The notes: generated from the letters alone by a model not told the origin. Shown: positions 36,901-51,121, counted from the first letter of the stretch. The stretch is 64,000 nucleotides of DNA from a virus (IMGVR_UViG_3300002307_000055:460-64459); one strand, 5' to 3'. Made by a program: numbers and translations.

Positions 36901-39900
36901 ATGAGTAAATGCCTTACACCCGATGAGCTAAAAAGCAAAGCCGATGAGTATGTAAAAACTCTCGCTGATGCTGGCATTACTACGTTCCCCGAACAGATAA
37001 GATACTTTGTAGAGAATGGAGACAGGACAAAACAGCAATTAGCCCTACTCAGTCCATATATCAAGGAAGCCTACAATAAGCTCGGATTAGCTGACCCCAA
37101 ATCAGTAGAAGATTTCAATATAGCTACTCACATAAAGACTATCTCAGACCTACAAAAAGCACATAGGCGAATAGCAAAGGATGTACCTCAGTCTACCCCT
37201 ATATCAGAACCTACGGCAAGATGGATGGGGAATACACTTAAAAATGTGGGCTTAGATGGCATAGGAGACGCTGCCGTAACCACAGCTACCAAAGTACATG
37301 AGGCGGGTAAATCGTGGCTAGGATGGGCTAAAAAACACGCAGTAGAGATATATCAGCAAGGCTTAGAACTAGCAAGACAGGATGGAGCGGGAATGCAAGA
37401 TGCCATAGATAATGGCGCAAAAGGTGAAAAAGAGATACTTGAATCAGTGGCATCGAAGTATATATCTGACATGGGTGAACATCCATTAGATAATATACCG
37501 AAGGAAGTATGGACTGATAAACTATTTGGCACTGCAAAATCATTCATAGAGAAAACCACTAAGGCTAAACTGCCTGATGGATTTCAGTATGAGAGCATGG
37601 AGAACCTTTCGGGGAGGATATATAATAAGATGATGAAGGAAAATGCTGTCCCTCCTGATTTGCAATTTTTAGCAGAGTTGCAGAATATAGAATCAGATAC
37701 TACGCTGACAAGATTTCAGGTGAACGCCACTGTACCCGAAAATGAGTTTGACCACTTTATGCAGGGTGCAGGCACAGCACCTACACAGGTAATAATACCG
37801 CCCACATTCAATGCTGAAAGAGGACTAAGGCAAGGTATAGGCAATGTGACAAGGGAGGCAATAGAGGCGAATAACCCGAACATAACGCCGAGAGAAGCGA
37901 TAAGAAGCTATCTCTCAAATATGCTTGGTGACATCGTTAAAAAGGCATCTACGGGTTTAGGCTCAGAAAATCCTATGAACAAGTCGTTTACTTTAGACTT
38001 GGAAACGGCAAAAGAGAAATTAGAGAAAAATGACTTTGCTAATGATTTTCAGGTCATGGCTGACCAAATTGCTGAAAATGGTAAGATAGATATGTACGCC
38101 ACCGATGAAAATGGTCAAGGGCTATATTCTAAGGATTTCAGGAAGATGTACGATAACATCACTAAACACTTTTTGCAAAAGGCGAATATAGATGCCATGA
38201 ATGGGAAGGTGGTTTTAGACCAACACAGAGTAATAGCACCTGACTATGTGGAAGAAAAGGGCAAACAGGAAATATCTACCTTCCATGAGAATCTGCAAAA
38301 GAAACTAGGCAATAGCAAAATACTCAAAAAGATATATGATGTAGCCGATAGGCATTTCACCCATAATACGGAACACCTTGACGGGTGGGCAAAGCATATA
38401 ACAGGGCTGACCAATGGGCTACTTAATAACATAGTCAAGGGAATGACAGGATGGAATGGCTCAACGGGAAGGGAAGCGGTATATGCCCGTTCTTTCGATA
38501 CTGCCGTACATCCACTATATGAAGCTGAGTGGCTCAAAAAAGGTAGTCAGACATTAAATCCTAATGCCAAGATAACAGAACTTGAAACTAGGCTCATAGC
38601 GGGTGTACCCGTCACCACAGAGGAAAGGCTACTTATGTTCATGCAATCCCAAAGGGACGAAAGGACAGTGGCAGCATGGTATGGTGGTGCGCCCGTAGAG
38701 GGTGAAGAAGGTGCAGCAACAAAGCCCGGACATATATTCTCACTGGCAGACATCGAGGGCAGAGATGCCAAAGAGGTAGTAGTATCATATCAGGACTACA
38801 AAGAGATGTTGGCAGATTTTGACCCGCACCATGATGAGATACGTGATACGGTAGCCAAAGGCTTTAATCACCTTTTGACCGTAGTGAACCCTGTTTTTAA
38901 ATTGGAGAATGGTATAGAATTAGCACCATTTAATGAACTTGAGGCCAAGAAAGAAAATCAGGCAGGTTTGCCGCAAGGACTTACAAAAGAAGAAACCGAA
39001 AAAAGATGGGGCTTTTATTTCCCGCACACCAAAGCGGGGAACGAATCGGTGATATATGATAAGCTCAATCGCAATACCTTTATCAACGAGATAGCATCAC
39101 ATAAGACATATTCACCTTCAAACGAAGTTAAATCTAGTGCGAAGTCATTTTTTAAGACCATTCAGAATTATAGGGATGGTAACGCGAAGTATGCAGCATG
39201 GACAATACCCATGCGTAATGTAGACAATTACTTCAAGGCTAATGAGTCTACCATTAAAGATTTGGGCTTAGAACATAAGATACAGTGGTGGGTAGACTAT
39301 AAGAAAAATGTCTTTAACCCGCCAACAGAATCAGCAATAGGCAAGACAGGACAGGGGCTTATGGCAAACTATATCCTATCACGCCTAGCATTGAACCCAT
39401 TTGTATCTGCGGAGCAAATGACGGCTATCCCATTGGCGGTTACTACTATACCTGCAAAATATCTATTCAGGGCTAAGAGCGTGTTTGCTAGTAGCATAGG
39501 AACTGACATATCAAATATGAGCATGTTCAGTGATAGGGTAAACAACGATAAAAAGATAAATGCTACTGTACAGGAAATGAATGAGCGTTGTCCATATGCC
39601 TTGTATCGCAATAAAAATGGCGCAAGTGAGCTACAAAGATTTGTGCAGACCTCAGACAACAAATCTATTGATGTATTGAATAAAGGCTTGGCACATTTAT
39701 TCGGGGATAAGGTTAAGATAGACCGGAATGACCTACTAAAGAATATCCAAATACCCGATAAGGCTATCGGAGCTTGGTATTGGGAGTCTGCAAAGATGAT
39801 GGTAGCCGATGAAGGGTTATTTGAAAATGGCAGAGAACCGTCAAGATATTGGGCAAGAGTAGGGGAGTTATATACCCAAGCTATCACTGAGTCCCAGCAC

Positions 39901-40479
39901 AGTAGCGATGATGCCCATAGGTCAATGCTTGCTACAAAACATGGGGTATTGGCTAAGTCATTGTCTTTATTTGGTTCACAGAAGATAGCAGCTTTCAATG
40001 GCTTTCAGTCAAGGGTCATAGATTATATTTCTGACCCATCGGCAGACAATCTAAAGAAAATGACTACTCAGGCAATGAATGTCTTTGTCACCAATGCGGC
40101 TATGAGTGCGACTATCCAAACGGGTAGATTTGTGCTACTAGGTAGCGCAGCAGCAGCCTTACACCATAAGCCCGAAGATGTATATGCCGAGAACTTTGTC
40201 AAGGGTATGGTATCGAATGTGCCATTAGCAGCACCCGCTTTTGACCTAGTTTATGGTAAATATAAGTCAGGCGTGTATGGTCGTGATTTCAGCTATGTTC
40301 CTTTTGAGATGGTAACGGACGGCGGTAAGACTATCGCTGATGGGATTCATGCTCTGACAGACGGCACTAAAAAGCACCAAGCAGTTAGCGATTTGATATA
40401 TTCCGTAAGCGGTGCAGCAGGGTTGCCACTTGAGCCTGTACTATTTGGAAAGTCGGCATATGAGAAATTGGCAAAATAA
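36901..40479 (+). CDS. large internal virion protein 4 (polyvalent-protein-like C-terminus)
   Basis: 1192 aa, helical; C-terminal SQHSSD..HRS...SLSLFGSQ and hydrophobic helices typical of ejected proteins. Confidence 0.7.
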   Translation: MSKCLTPDELKSKADEYVKTLADAGITTFPEQIRYFVENGDRTKQQLALLSPYIKEAYNKLGLADPKSVEDFNIATHIKTISDLQKAHRRIAKDVPQSTPISEPTARWMGNTLKNVGLDGIGDAAVTTATKVHEAGKSWLGWAKKHAVEIYQQGLELARQDGAGMQDAIDNGAKGEKEILESVASKYISDMGEHPLDNIPKEVWTDKLFGTAKSFIEKTTKAKLPDGFQYESMENLSGRIYNKMMKENAVPPDLQFLAELQNIESDTTLTRFQVNATVPENEFDHFMQGAGTAPTQVIIPPTFNAERGLRQGIGNVTREAIEANNPNITPREAIRSYLSNMLGDIVKKASTGLGSENPMNKSFTLDLETAKEKLEKNDFANDFQVMADQIAENGKIDMYATDENGQGLYSKDFRKMYDNITKHFLQKANIDAMNGKVVLDQHRVIAPDYVEEKGKQEISTFHENLQKKLGNSKILKKIYDVADRHFTHNTEHLDGWAKHITGLTNGLLNNIVKGMTGWNGSTGREAVYARSFDTAVHPLYEAEWLKKGSQTLNPNAKITELETRLIAGVPVTTEERLLMFMQSQRDERTVAAWYGGAPVEGEEGAATKPGHIFSLADIEGRDAKEVVVSYQDYKEMLADFDPHHDEIRDTVAKGFNHLLTVVNPVFKLENGIELAPFNELEAKKENQAGLPQGLTKEETEKRWGFYFPHTKAGNESVIYDKLNRNTFINEIASHKTYSPSNEVKSSAKSFFKTIQNYRDGNAKYAAWTIPMRNVDNYFKANESTIKDLGLEHKIQWWVDYKKNVFNPPTESAIGKTGQGLMANYILSRLALNPFVSAEQMTAIPLAVTTIPAKYLFRAKSVFASSIGTDISNMSMFSDRVNNDKKINATVQEMNERCPYALYRNKNGASELQRFVQTSDNKSIDVLNKGLAHLFGDKVKIDRNDLLKNIQIPDKAIGAWYWESAKMMVADEGLFENGREPSRYWARVGELYTQAITESQHSSDDAHRSMLATKHGVLAKSLSLFGSQKIAAFNGFQSRVIDYISDPSADNLKKMTTQAMNVFVTNAAMSATIQTGRFVLLGSAAAALHHKPEDVYAENFVKGMVSNVPLAAPAFDLVYGKYKSGVYGRDFSYVPFEMVTDGGKTIADGIHALTDGTKKHQAVSDLIYSVSGAAGLPLEPVLFGKSAYEKLAK

Positions 40480-40482
40480 TAC

Positions 40483-40490
40483 TACATTTG
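40483..40490 (+). promoter_or_regulatory. TAnnTTTG promoter of the fibre operon
   Basis: TACATTTG upstream of the GTG at 40543. Confidence 0.55.
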
Positions 40491-40542
40491 TATCAGGACA
40501 GTATATAGGATAGGGCAGCAAATAGATTAAAACTATTTTGCA

Positions 40543-41874
40543 GTGGCATCATTCTATTCGTACAGCTTAAATATTGAGCATATCCAAAATCAGGATACGC
40601 TTGTCTCTGTCACCGTAAACGGAATAACCTATCTAGCTCCCGCACCTTTTATAATGTCCTCAGTCAATGCCCCTGCAATAGTGGCATGGCTGAATACCAT
40701 ACTACCTACTTATCTTTGGTTCTATCAGTACTCTACGGATTATGTGACAGGACTAAGCTATCTCAATATATTTACTGCTTGTACTTCGGAATCATCACAA
40801 GATGCAATAACGGCACAAGTGGTCTTATCGGGTAAGCCTGCTAATATATCAGCCGTAGCGGTGAACTGTGGTCAAACTCCATGTGCGGGTATAACAGCTA
40901 TTATCACAGGGGCTTTGGGTGTAGACTGTACAGCAGGACAACAAGCAATAGTATTCACCGACACTACGGGAGCATACAGTTTAAATAATCTCGGAGGATA
41001 TGGAACACCAAACTATCCTGCTATATCAGACATAGTAAGCATTACTTTTACGCTGCTCGATGGTGTAGGTAGTCAGGTCGGTACGCCATATACGGCTACA
41101 TATACACCTTCGGCTACTGCTCCATTTGCCTCAATATCGCTTACCCCTGCAAATTTTGGTGTAGCAAGTTTCACGGGGAACACCGCCTATCAGTTGAAAT
41201 ATACGATAGTCACAGCTAATACGATTACTTGTTCGCCATTGCAGATACCATTTACGATGCCTTGTTGCGGTCAGGTATTACCTAGTGGGCTTGTGGTATC
41301 ATTCAATCTGCAACAGCAGCTTATAACGCCACAGAATCCTACACCTACACCTGTACAGCTTACATTTACAGATACTACCTATGCGTATGCTACACCGAAT
41401 AACACAGGGGGCTATGGTACTCCAAACCCTTCTTATTCGGATATATCACATACGGAATTTGTTGTTACCCGTCCTGATGGGCAGGTGATAGCTTTTGACA
41501 TAGGGTATGTACCTAATGCTGCAAATAACGTAGCTATTATTACTGCTGCAAACTTGGGATACGACCCGACAGGCCCTATCTCAGACGGTGTATATAAGAT
41601 AGTATTCAACGTATATGCCACACCTTCATCATCTGAATGTTTATTGGCATCAACTACGGTGTACACAGTTTTATTCCAAAATACCTATAACTGCCTGTAT
41701 AATCAGGGTATATCCCTATTGTCGGGCTGTGATATAAAGGCAAAACATCAATGGTCGGCACATTGGAATGAGCTTGAAATGATAATAGCAGCCTCGGTAG
41801 GCAATATAAACTGTGTGGTAGGGAAGGTAGAAAGGCTTTTAGAAATCTGTCAATTAAACTGCCCCACATGCTAA
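40543..41874 (+). CDS. Cys-rich structural protein with two repeated PKD/Ig-like domains
   Basis: Internal repeat FTDTT..Y...N.GGYGTPN.P..SDI; ends NCPTC. Confidence 0.7.
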   Translation: MASFYSYSLNIEHIQNQDTLVSVTVNGITYLAPAPFIMSSVNAPAIVAWLNTILPTYLWFYQYSTDYVTGLSYLNIFTACTSESSQDAITAQVVLSGKPANISAVAVNCGQTPCAGITAIITGALGVDCTAGQQAIVFTDTTGAYSLNNLGGYGTPNYPAISDIVSITFTLLDGVGSQVGTPYTATYTPSATAPFASISLTPANFGVASFTGNTAYQLKYTIVTANTITCSPLQIPFTMPCCGQVLPSGLVVSFNLQQQLITPQNPTPTPVQLTFTDTTYAYATPNNTGGYGTPNPSYSDISHTEFVVTRPDGQVIAFDIGYVPNAANNVAIITAANLGYDPTGPISDGVYKIVFNVYATPSSSECLLASTTVYTVLFQNTYNCLYNQGISLLSGCDIKAKHQWSAHWNELEMIIAASVGNINCVVGKVERLLEICQLNCPTC

Positions 41875-42071
41875 GTCAATGCGAAACCATACAACTGTGC
41901 ATCGGGGCTGCATACTGCCAAATTCAGGCTTATAAATGCTTGGGTAAGTCAGTATATCATTTAGAGGACAAGATGGCAAGCCTTATAATTTTGTATAAGT
42001 TGGCTCAAAGTCAGGGCTGTACATACAACTGTGCTTTGGATTGTTTTATTAACAAATTATGCCCCTGCTGA
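41868..42071 (+). CDS. small Cys-rich structural protein
   Basis: 67 aa with 8 Cys; ends KLCPC. Confidence 0.65.
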   Translation: MLSQCETIQLCIGAAYCQIQAYKCLGKSVYHLEDKMASLIILYKLAQSQGCTYNCALDCFINKLCPC

Positions 42072-42072
42072 T

Positions 42073-43038
42073 ATGTATATAAATAATAACTGCCAAAATG
42101 GGATAATAAGCCCTTTGTCCGTAAGCTGTGTAACTCAGGTACTTTTGCCTAGCGGGTCTACTGTTCCGACAGGTCCACAAGGTCCGAAGGGTGATACGGG
42201 GGCGACAGGTGCAACGGGTGCGCAAGGCATACAAGGATTACCCGGAGTAGGGCAAGCAGGCACAAGCGGGTCTAATGTACTTTGGAATCCCGTCATAAAT
42301 ATAGCAGGTACGGGCAACGTAGGGAATGTGCCCGGCTATGTAAATACAGGTTTGGGCGCATCGGATAATGTAACATTCTCGATACCTGCACAGGCATTTC
42401 AGAATGTAGGCGATGTAGTAAAAGTGACGGCGATAATCAAGCCACCACAACCAACTCAGGGCTTAACATATGCTCAATTAATATTGAACGGGACTGCTTT
42501 TGGAACTATACAAGCACCACAGCCATCTACTACTCAGTGTGTTTTGGAGCTTGAAATATCATTGCAGGTAGTGGCAGGTCAATACTTCCTATGGGCTACT
42601 ATCACATCACAGACATATAATGGCGTACTGACTACGGCTGAAAATCAATGGCAAGCGGCTTATGCTCAACAAATACCGCAAGTCATAGCATATACGCTTA
42701 GTAACCCTGTAGCTTTTGTAGTTGACTTTAGCAATATACCTACGGCGGGTGCTGCGGGAACGACATTTGTGAAAGCGTGTCAACAGAAGATAGCATCAAC
42801 AAGTAGCGCACCTCAAGGGGCGTTTGTGCCTATATACACTGCTCCTACGGGAGGGGCTACATATACCAATACTAATCTTGCGAATGTGGCATTGGACAAC
42901 CTTACAGTGAACCTAGATGGAACGCTTTTATTCCCGACACTTGATTTCACATATGCTACGAATGGTACTCAGGGAACTATCACATGGGTAGGCGTACCGC
43001 CTGTGTCAACATCAAGACTAGCAATAATACCAGTATAA
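42073..43038 (+). CDS. fibre protein with a short collagen segment, no signal peptide
   Basis: Likely start MYINNNC; [25 protein letters not shown]. Confidence 0.7.
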   Translation: MYINNNCQNGIISPLSVSCVTQVLLPSGSTVPTGPQGPKGDTGATGATGAQGIQGLPGVGQAGTSGSNVLWNPVINIAGTGNVGNVPGYVNTGLGASDNVTFSIPAQAFQNVGDVVKVTAIIKPPQPTQGLTYAQLILNGTAFGTIQAPQPSTTQCVLELEISLQVVAGQYFLWATITSQTYNGVLTTAENQWQAAYAQQIPQVIAYTLSNPVAFVVDFSNIPTAGAAGTTFVKACQQKIASTSSAPQGAFVPIYTAPTGGATYTNTNLANVALDNLTVNLDGTLLFPTLDFTYATNGTQGTITWVGVPPVSTSRLAIIPV

Positions 43039-44295
43039 ATGAAACAGACACTATTCATATTGACAATTTTGAGTGTACTATCTGCGAATGGGCAGGTAGA
43101 TACCATGAGGCAACCTAGTAGGGTGTGGGTATTCGGAAAGCCCACCATTTTCAAAGATACCGTCAGAATTGACAGTGCATTAATATTCAGGCATAATCCA
43201 TGTGAAGGGTGTACGCTAACGAGTGATTCATTTGGCAACGCTTCGTGGGTAGATTTCATGCCGTATGTGTGGACTACAGATGGCAATTCAGGCACTAATC
43301 CTACGGTCAACTATGTAGGCACAACCGATTCAGCACAGTTTTACGCTCGTAGTTGGTTCGGTAATGTGAACAATCAAGCATTTCTATTTCTTTCCTCACC
43401 TAAGAGAAGGACGGCATCTACGGGGTCGGCGTTCTTAGCTCTGAGAGATTCATTACATAATAATGGGGGTGTATTCAAGATTAGTTCAACGGGCTTTGAT
43501 ATGATAAGCTCTAATGCTGCGGAGGATACCGATGTAACGGTGCATGGGAGTTGGAAGAATAAAATACTTAGCATAACATCAAATCAAGGTGTACCTAGTG
43601 TGGGGATAGGAACTACTTCACCAATTACAAATTTTGATGTGAGAGGGGGTATAGCTGTAATAACAAAAACTAGCGATGGTGTTCCGATTGGATTTGGTGT
43701 AGGACCGTTCAATCCTTTTGGTAGCTTTAGTTATGGATCTACACCGTCTTTAGTATTTGGTAATCTTACTTCTTTTGGTCTACCAGACTCCTGTTTTGCA
43801 ATAAAGACTGATAGTTCATATTTTTATACTCAATTGTATTATCAAAACGGTTCACAGGGTGCAGGCAAGGTATTAACTTCGGATGCTAATGGCAGAGCTA
43901 CATGGCAAGGCTCTGTTGTTTATCATGTCAGGGATTCAATATCATCTACGCAGATATTAAATAGCTATACAAGCCCTGATACAATAATAATGGGGGCAGG
44001 AGCAGGAACAACTATTAATGTAATTTCAGTAAGATATAAATATGTGTATTCGACAGCACCATATACTATTCCTATAATATGTGGGCTATCTCAATCAGGA
44101 CAATTATTTGAAACGGAATCAACGAATCTACTAGCACTAACAACTAATGCTAATGCAAAATCTGCCGTAGCTACATCTCAAAGTACAATCACATTTTCTA
44201 ATGCGCCAATACTTTACACATCAGTTTCAGGTGACCCAACAGGCGGCGGCGGCTATCTCATTGTTTACATAGACTATACTATTCAACAAGACTAA
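43039..44295 (+). CDS. fibre-like protein with Sec signal peptide
   Basis: MKQTLFILTILSVLSANG|Q; GIGTTSP and GKVLTSDANGRATWQ fibre motifs. Confidence 0.75.
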   Translation: MKQTLFILTILSVLSANGQVDTMRQPSRVWVFGKPTIFKDTVRIDSALIFRHNPCEGCTLTSDSFGNASWVDFMPYVWTTDGNSGTNPTVNYVGTTDSAQFYARSWFGNVNNQAFLFLSSPKRRTASTGSAFLALRDSLHNNGGVFKISSTGFDMISSNAAEDTDVTVHGSWKNKILSITSNQGVPSVGIGTTSPITNFDVRGGIAVITKTSDGVPIGFGVGPFNPFGSFSYGSTPSLVFGNLTSFGLPDSCFAIKTDSSYFYTQLYYQNGSQGAGKVLTSDANGRATWQGSVVYHVRDSISSTQILNSYTSPDTIIMGAGAGTTINVISVRYKYVYSTAPYTIPIICGLSQSGQLFETESTNLLALTTNANAKSAVATSQSTITFSNAPILYTSVSGDPTGGGGYLIVYIDYTIQQD

Positions 44296-44297
44296 TC

Positions 44298-45385
44298 ATG
44301 AAAAAACTACTTATATATCTTTTTGTCCTGATTTCCGTGGGAGTGAGTGCGCAAGGCCCTGTGACCAGCGTAATACCACTAACTAGGGGCGGTTCGATAA
44401 CTATTCCTTATAATGGGATTTACGATGTATCTACTCTATATAGATGTACTACCGATTCAACAGAAAACCATACTGACACACTTGCCACCGATTTAAGTTT
44501 TATATATAGCGGCAGAGCCGCACAGATAGGTACGACATTTACTCTGTGGTTTAACAATACCCACATTATTACAGGCAGCCACAAGATATTTATACTGTCC
44601 AACGACTTCACAAATCTACTGTCAAATCAAGTAAACCTCGAATTGCTATGTCAATATAATGGTCACGCATGGACGGTATTTAGTGTGGATTCTACTATCT
44701 CTTTGAGACTAACAAATTATGTGACACTTACACAGCTTAATGATACGCTAACTAACTATGTACAGCAGGAGCAAATAACCAATACGGTAGATACGCTCGC
44801 GGGTATCAATAGCGGGAACTTTAATAGGATATTAGTACCATTGACATCTACATCTGATAGCTCACTGAACGCTTGGAATAGTGCAGAGGGTAAAAGAGTA
44901 TTGCAGTCATACGCCAAACTAGCTAGTCCTGTTTTTACGGGTGCGCCACTGTCCACTACTCCCGCCACCAATGATAACAGCACCAAGATAGCAACTACCA
45001 ACTTCGTAGATAACTATGTGGCATCTTATGAACCGCCATATTTTCTCTGCGGCGGTACGATAAGCTCAACTGTCGCGCTATCCACCGGTGCAGGCACAGG
45101 GGCAACAGCTACCGTCACAGGCAATGCAGCAGACTTTCAGGTGAACCTCACTACGGGCAGCGCACCTGCCACATCAGCTACGATATGCACGGTGTCTTTC
45201 ACTAACGCCTACCCGAATACTCCATTGGCATATATACAGCCTCGTAACTCCATAGCGGCAGCATCAGCAGCATTTCAACTTGTGATACCATCTGAATCTA
45301 CATCAGGCATATCATTTGTTTCAGGTGGCACAGGACTAGCAGCAACAACTCAATATATTTTTAACGTTCACGTAGGCGCACAATA

Positions 45386-45386
<1 letters not shown>
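44298..45386 (+). CDS. fibre-like protein with Sec signal peptide
   Basis: MKKLLIYLFVLISVGVSA|Q; phage tail-fibre repeat YAKLASPVFTGAPLSTTPATNDNSTKIATTNFV. Confidence 0.75.
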
Positions 45387-48300
<2,914 letters not shown>

Positions 48301-48318
48301 ACTTAAAAACACAAATAT

Positions 48319-48609
48319 ATGGCACTTCAAATTGGAAATGTAAAAGTAGGCTTTGACCAACTTACACAGACAGCACCTATCTACTATAAGAGGTTTATAA
48401 ATATGCTTATCATGTTTGTAGTACCCGCTACTGTATCATTCATGGAGGTATTTGTTAATCCTACCAATACAGATTTAAAGTTAAGGGTAGCTCAATCAGG
48501 CGTGTTTATAATAGGCATCCTAAAAGGGTTAGAGTACTTTTTAGGTGACGACACAAATCCTATCAATAGCAATAACATTCAACAACCATCAAACCCACCT
48601 ACCAAATGA
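48319..48609 (+). CDS. holin candidate
   Basis: Two hydrophobic segments; upstream of the endolysin. Confidence 0.6.
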   Translation: MALQIGNVKVGFDQLTQTAPIYYKRFINMLIMFVVPATVSFMEVFVNPTNTDLKLRVAQSGVFIIGILKGLEYFLGDDTNPINSNNIQQPSNPPTK

Positions 48610-48848
48610 CCCATTGGATAACAGAGCATTTAGACGCAGTTTCAGGCGCAGCAGGCGCGACAGTTACGATAGTTGTAGATACAATTCACGGATATGCTAG
48701 CGGGGAATTTACCCATGTCCTATTACATGACGGCAATGTAATAGCAGTAGCATTGATACTTCTTGTTATAAAAAGCGTTGTCGGTGCTTTCGTAGGGGTA
48801 TTCGTAGGAAATTGGGTAGCAAAATATTCAAAAAATAAAGAACAATAA
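48606..48848 (+). CDS. second holin/antiholin candidate
   Basis: Hydrophobic C-half, basic tail. Confidence 0.55.
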   Translation: MTHWITEHLDAVSGAAGATVTIVVDTIHGYASGEFTHVLLHDGNVIAVALILLVIKSVVGAFVGVFVGNWVAKYSKNKEQ

Positions 48849-48849
48849 A

Positions 48850-49305
48850 ATGACACAACTTTCAGAACACTTCGCACTTGAAGAATTATTGGTATCACAA
48901 ACTGCAACGGCTGAAAATATTACAGAGCAATTTGAACCATCGGATGAAGTTATTGCAAATCTCAGAGAGCTAGCTATAAACTTCTTAGAGCCTCTTAGGG
49001 CTGCTATATCAGAGAAGTTGGGTGTAGATACTCCAATACACATAACAAGTGGCTACAGATGTCCTAGATTGAACGCTGCAATAGGTGGTGTTCCAAACTC
49101 TCAACATCAATTTGGACAGGCTGCCGATACTCATATAGATGCTATGAGTATAGAGGATTGGTATCAATTTGTAAAGGCATCAGGTTTACCATACGACCAG
49201 CTTTTGCAAGAGTTTGGTGAATGGGCGCATATCAGCCATATAGCCGATGGTAATCGTGGTGAGTGTTGGAGATATGTCAAAGGACAAGCACCTACAAGAG
49301 ATTAA
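48850..49305 (+). CDS. endolysin, peptidase M15A family
   Basis: LSEHFALEEL, ITSGYRCPRLNAAIGG..NSQHQFGQAAD, WAHIS zinc motifs. Confidence 0.9.
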   Translation: MTQLSEHFALEELLVSQTATAENITEQFEPSDEVIANLRELAINFLEPLRAAISEKLGVDTPIHITSGYRCPRLNAAIGGVPNSQHQFGQAADTHIDAMSIEDWYQFVKASGLPYDQLLQEFGEWAHISHIADGNRGECWRYVKGQAPTRD

Positions 49306-49424
49306 TGCCTGCTCAACAATCAATATTAAAAGCATTCGCTGAGATAGGTGGGATACTACTATTCGCTGCTCTCGCATCTGCTTTTTATGTTGGCGTGGCG
49401 TATATTCTGAGTAAGAGGAAGTAA
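49305..49424 (+). CDS. 39-aa single-TM peptide after the endolysin
   Basis: My translation MPAQQSILKAFAEIGGILLFAALASAFYVGVAYILSKRK; TAATG overlap. Confidence 0.55.
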   Translation: MPAQQSILKAFAEIGGILLFAALASAFYVGVAYILSKRK

Positions 49425-49622
49425 GCAGTTTTAGAAAAGAGAAAAACCAAGCGAACAACCTTAAAGAAGTATAAAGCAAAAGACAAAAGAAACCCCCTGA
49501 CAAACAAAATATCTGCGACTTAATCCATTTATGGGATAAGTCTATTTGCCTGTTCCAAAGGGCTTGTGACCGAAAGTTTGTCTATTTATTCATGCCTCGA
49601 CAGTAGCATCTGAATACTATTG

Positions 49623-50543
49623 CTAGGGGGTATATCTCCTATGTTCAAGTAATTCGGGGTGCGCCTGTTCATACATCCACAACTTTTCAAATCCTGCTGC
49701 ACGAGCAATAGCTATTTGCTTATCAAGGTAGGACGGTTTATGTTCATCAATCTTTGGTTTAGGGGTATGGTATGGGACATGCTCGGATATGAATATTTTT
49801 GGTCGTTCTAATTGCTCAATAGTATTTTTGGCTTTTTTTATTTCTGATTTTCGGCTGTACGTTCGTGGCGTGACTATCTTTATTTCAGACATATTTAACG
49901 GTGCTTTTAATGACCGCTTTGTTACAGACCTTCTTTTTGTTATTTTTTCGGGCTTATACATCTTCCCAATATGCTTTTCTTCATACACAAGAAGTTTATT
50001 CGCATTTAGAAGCATTAGCCCGTATCTCCCTACTATATCAGCATGACCCATTTCATTGGATTGAATAATGAGTCTATCAAGCGTAATTGAAAATTGTGTC
50101 AAGGTTTGGCTGCCCTTTAGAGTGTTGCAACTTTCGCAGCAATGGGCTAGATTCCTTTTGTCATTTGTGCCTCCTTTAGATATTGGTATTAAGTGGTCAA
50201 CGGTAGTAGCCGACTCCTCACAATATACGCACATCCAATTCCCTTTCGATATAAGTGGAAAGTCAAGTGGGGTTGCAACATTTTTGACTGGCTTATTGTG
50301 GATATTGTGTATCGCCTCGGATAGTTTTACTCCAAGATAAGTTTTCTTCGCAACAGAAAATAAATTTTCATCGGTAGTCACACCATGAAAACATCTTAAA
50401 TAATTATCTATGTTGGTAGCTTCAATATCGGTAAGGCTGTAAAAAGTCGTAATATCAACACGTTCTTTGTACCAAAAGATAAACCTCTGATATATGGGAC
50501 TGTATTTTTGGTGTTCCGTCCAATTCATGGTATCAGCCCACAT
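49623..50543 (-). CDS. HNH endonuclease
   Basis: CVYC...TVDHLIPISKGGTNDKRNLAHCCESCNTLKG. Confidence 0.85.
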   Translation of the reverse strand: MWADTMNWTEHQKYSPIYQRFIFWYKERVDITTFYSLTDIEATNIDNYLRCFHGVTTDENLFSVAKKTYLGVKLSEAIHNIHNKPVKNVATPLDFPLISKGNWMCVYCEESATTVDHLIPISKGGTNDKRNLAHCCESCNTLKGSQTLTQFSITLDRLIIQSNEMGHADIVGRYGLMLLNANKLLVYEEKHIGKMYKPEKITKRRSVTKRSLKAPLNMSEIKIVTPRTYSRKSEIKKAKNTIEQLERPKIFISEHVPYHTPKPKIDEHKPSYLDKQIAIARAAGFEKLWMYEQAHPELLEHRRYTP

Positions 50544-50884
50544 TTTTGTGCAATCCCTCTTACGTCATACTTTGGATAGCTGTTAGTAGATAATTCCTCT
50601 TTTGCTACATTGCTCATTAGCTCAATGTCCTTTTTGATTTCAGCACATATCTCATAGTTATCCTCTTGCTCATAGTATTTGAGTAGTCCTATCATAAAAG
50701 CATGACCGTAATAGCAATGGAGAGTAAACCACTGCCGAGCCTCTATGTTAAAAACAAGGGAGTTCCAATCTGATACCGAAATCTTAAATGGACGGTTAAT
50801 AGATTCCGTCCTACATGCTGCTGCCATCTCTATTGCGGCTGAGTGCTTAGCGAAGCAGTCTAAAAGCTCTTTGGTGTAGAACAT
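50525..50884 (-). CDS. hypothetical protein (likely start MFYTKELL)
   Basis: ORF track 50525..50980; the upstream part is a hairpin-containing leader. Confidence 0.55.
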   Translation of the reverse strand: MFYTKELLDCFAKHSAAIEMAAACRTESINRPFKISVSDWNSLVFNIEARQWFTLHCYYGHAFMIGLLKYYEQEDNYEICAEIKKDIELMSNVAKEELSTNSYPKYDVRGIAQKCGLIP

Positions 50885-51021
50885 AAAATAAAAAACCCGC
50901 AGGTGAGACTCTGCGGGCGGTAAAAGGTTATTTTTCAACTCCCTTCTAAAACCCGAATCATTGCATGTCTCACTCTGCAAAAATTCGGATTACTGTAATT
51001 TCTTTTACCTTTCGGCTACTG

Positions 51022-51050
51022 CAAATGTACAACTATTTTTTAATCTGCAA
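51022..51050 (-). promoter_or_regulatory. promoter for the inverted HNH cassette
   Basis: TTTG-N17-TACATTTG on the minus strand. Confidence 0.55.
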
Positions 51051-51121
51051 AATAAATTTCTCCATTTCACTTTCTATCCTTACATTAGTGGTTCAATTCA
51101 TTAACAAAAAACATAATAGAA

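Noticed and set aside
38805-38840. ADFD in 36901..40479 as an RNA-polymerase catalytic motif
   Set aside because: The sequence is ADFDPHHD, not DxDxD, and there is no double-psi-barrel context.
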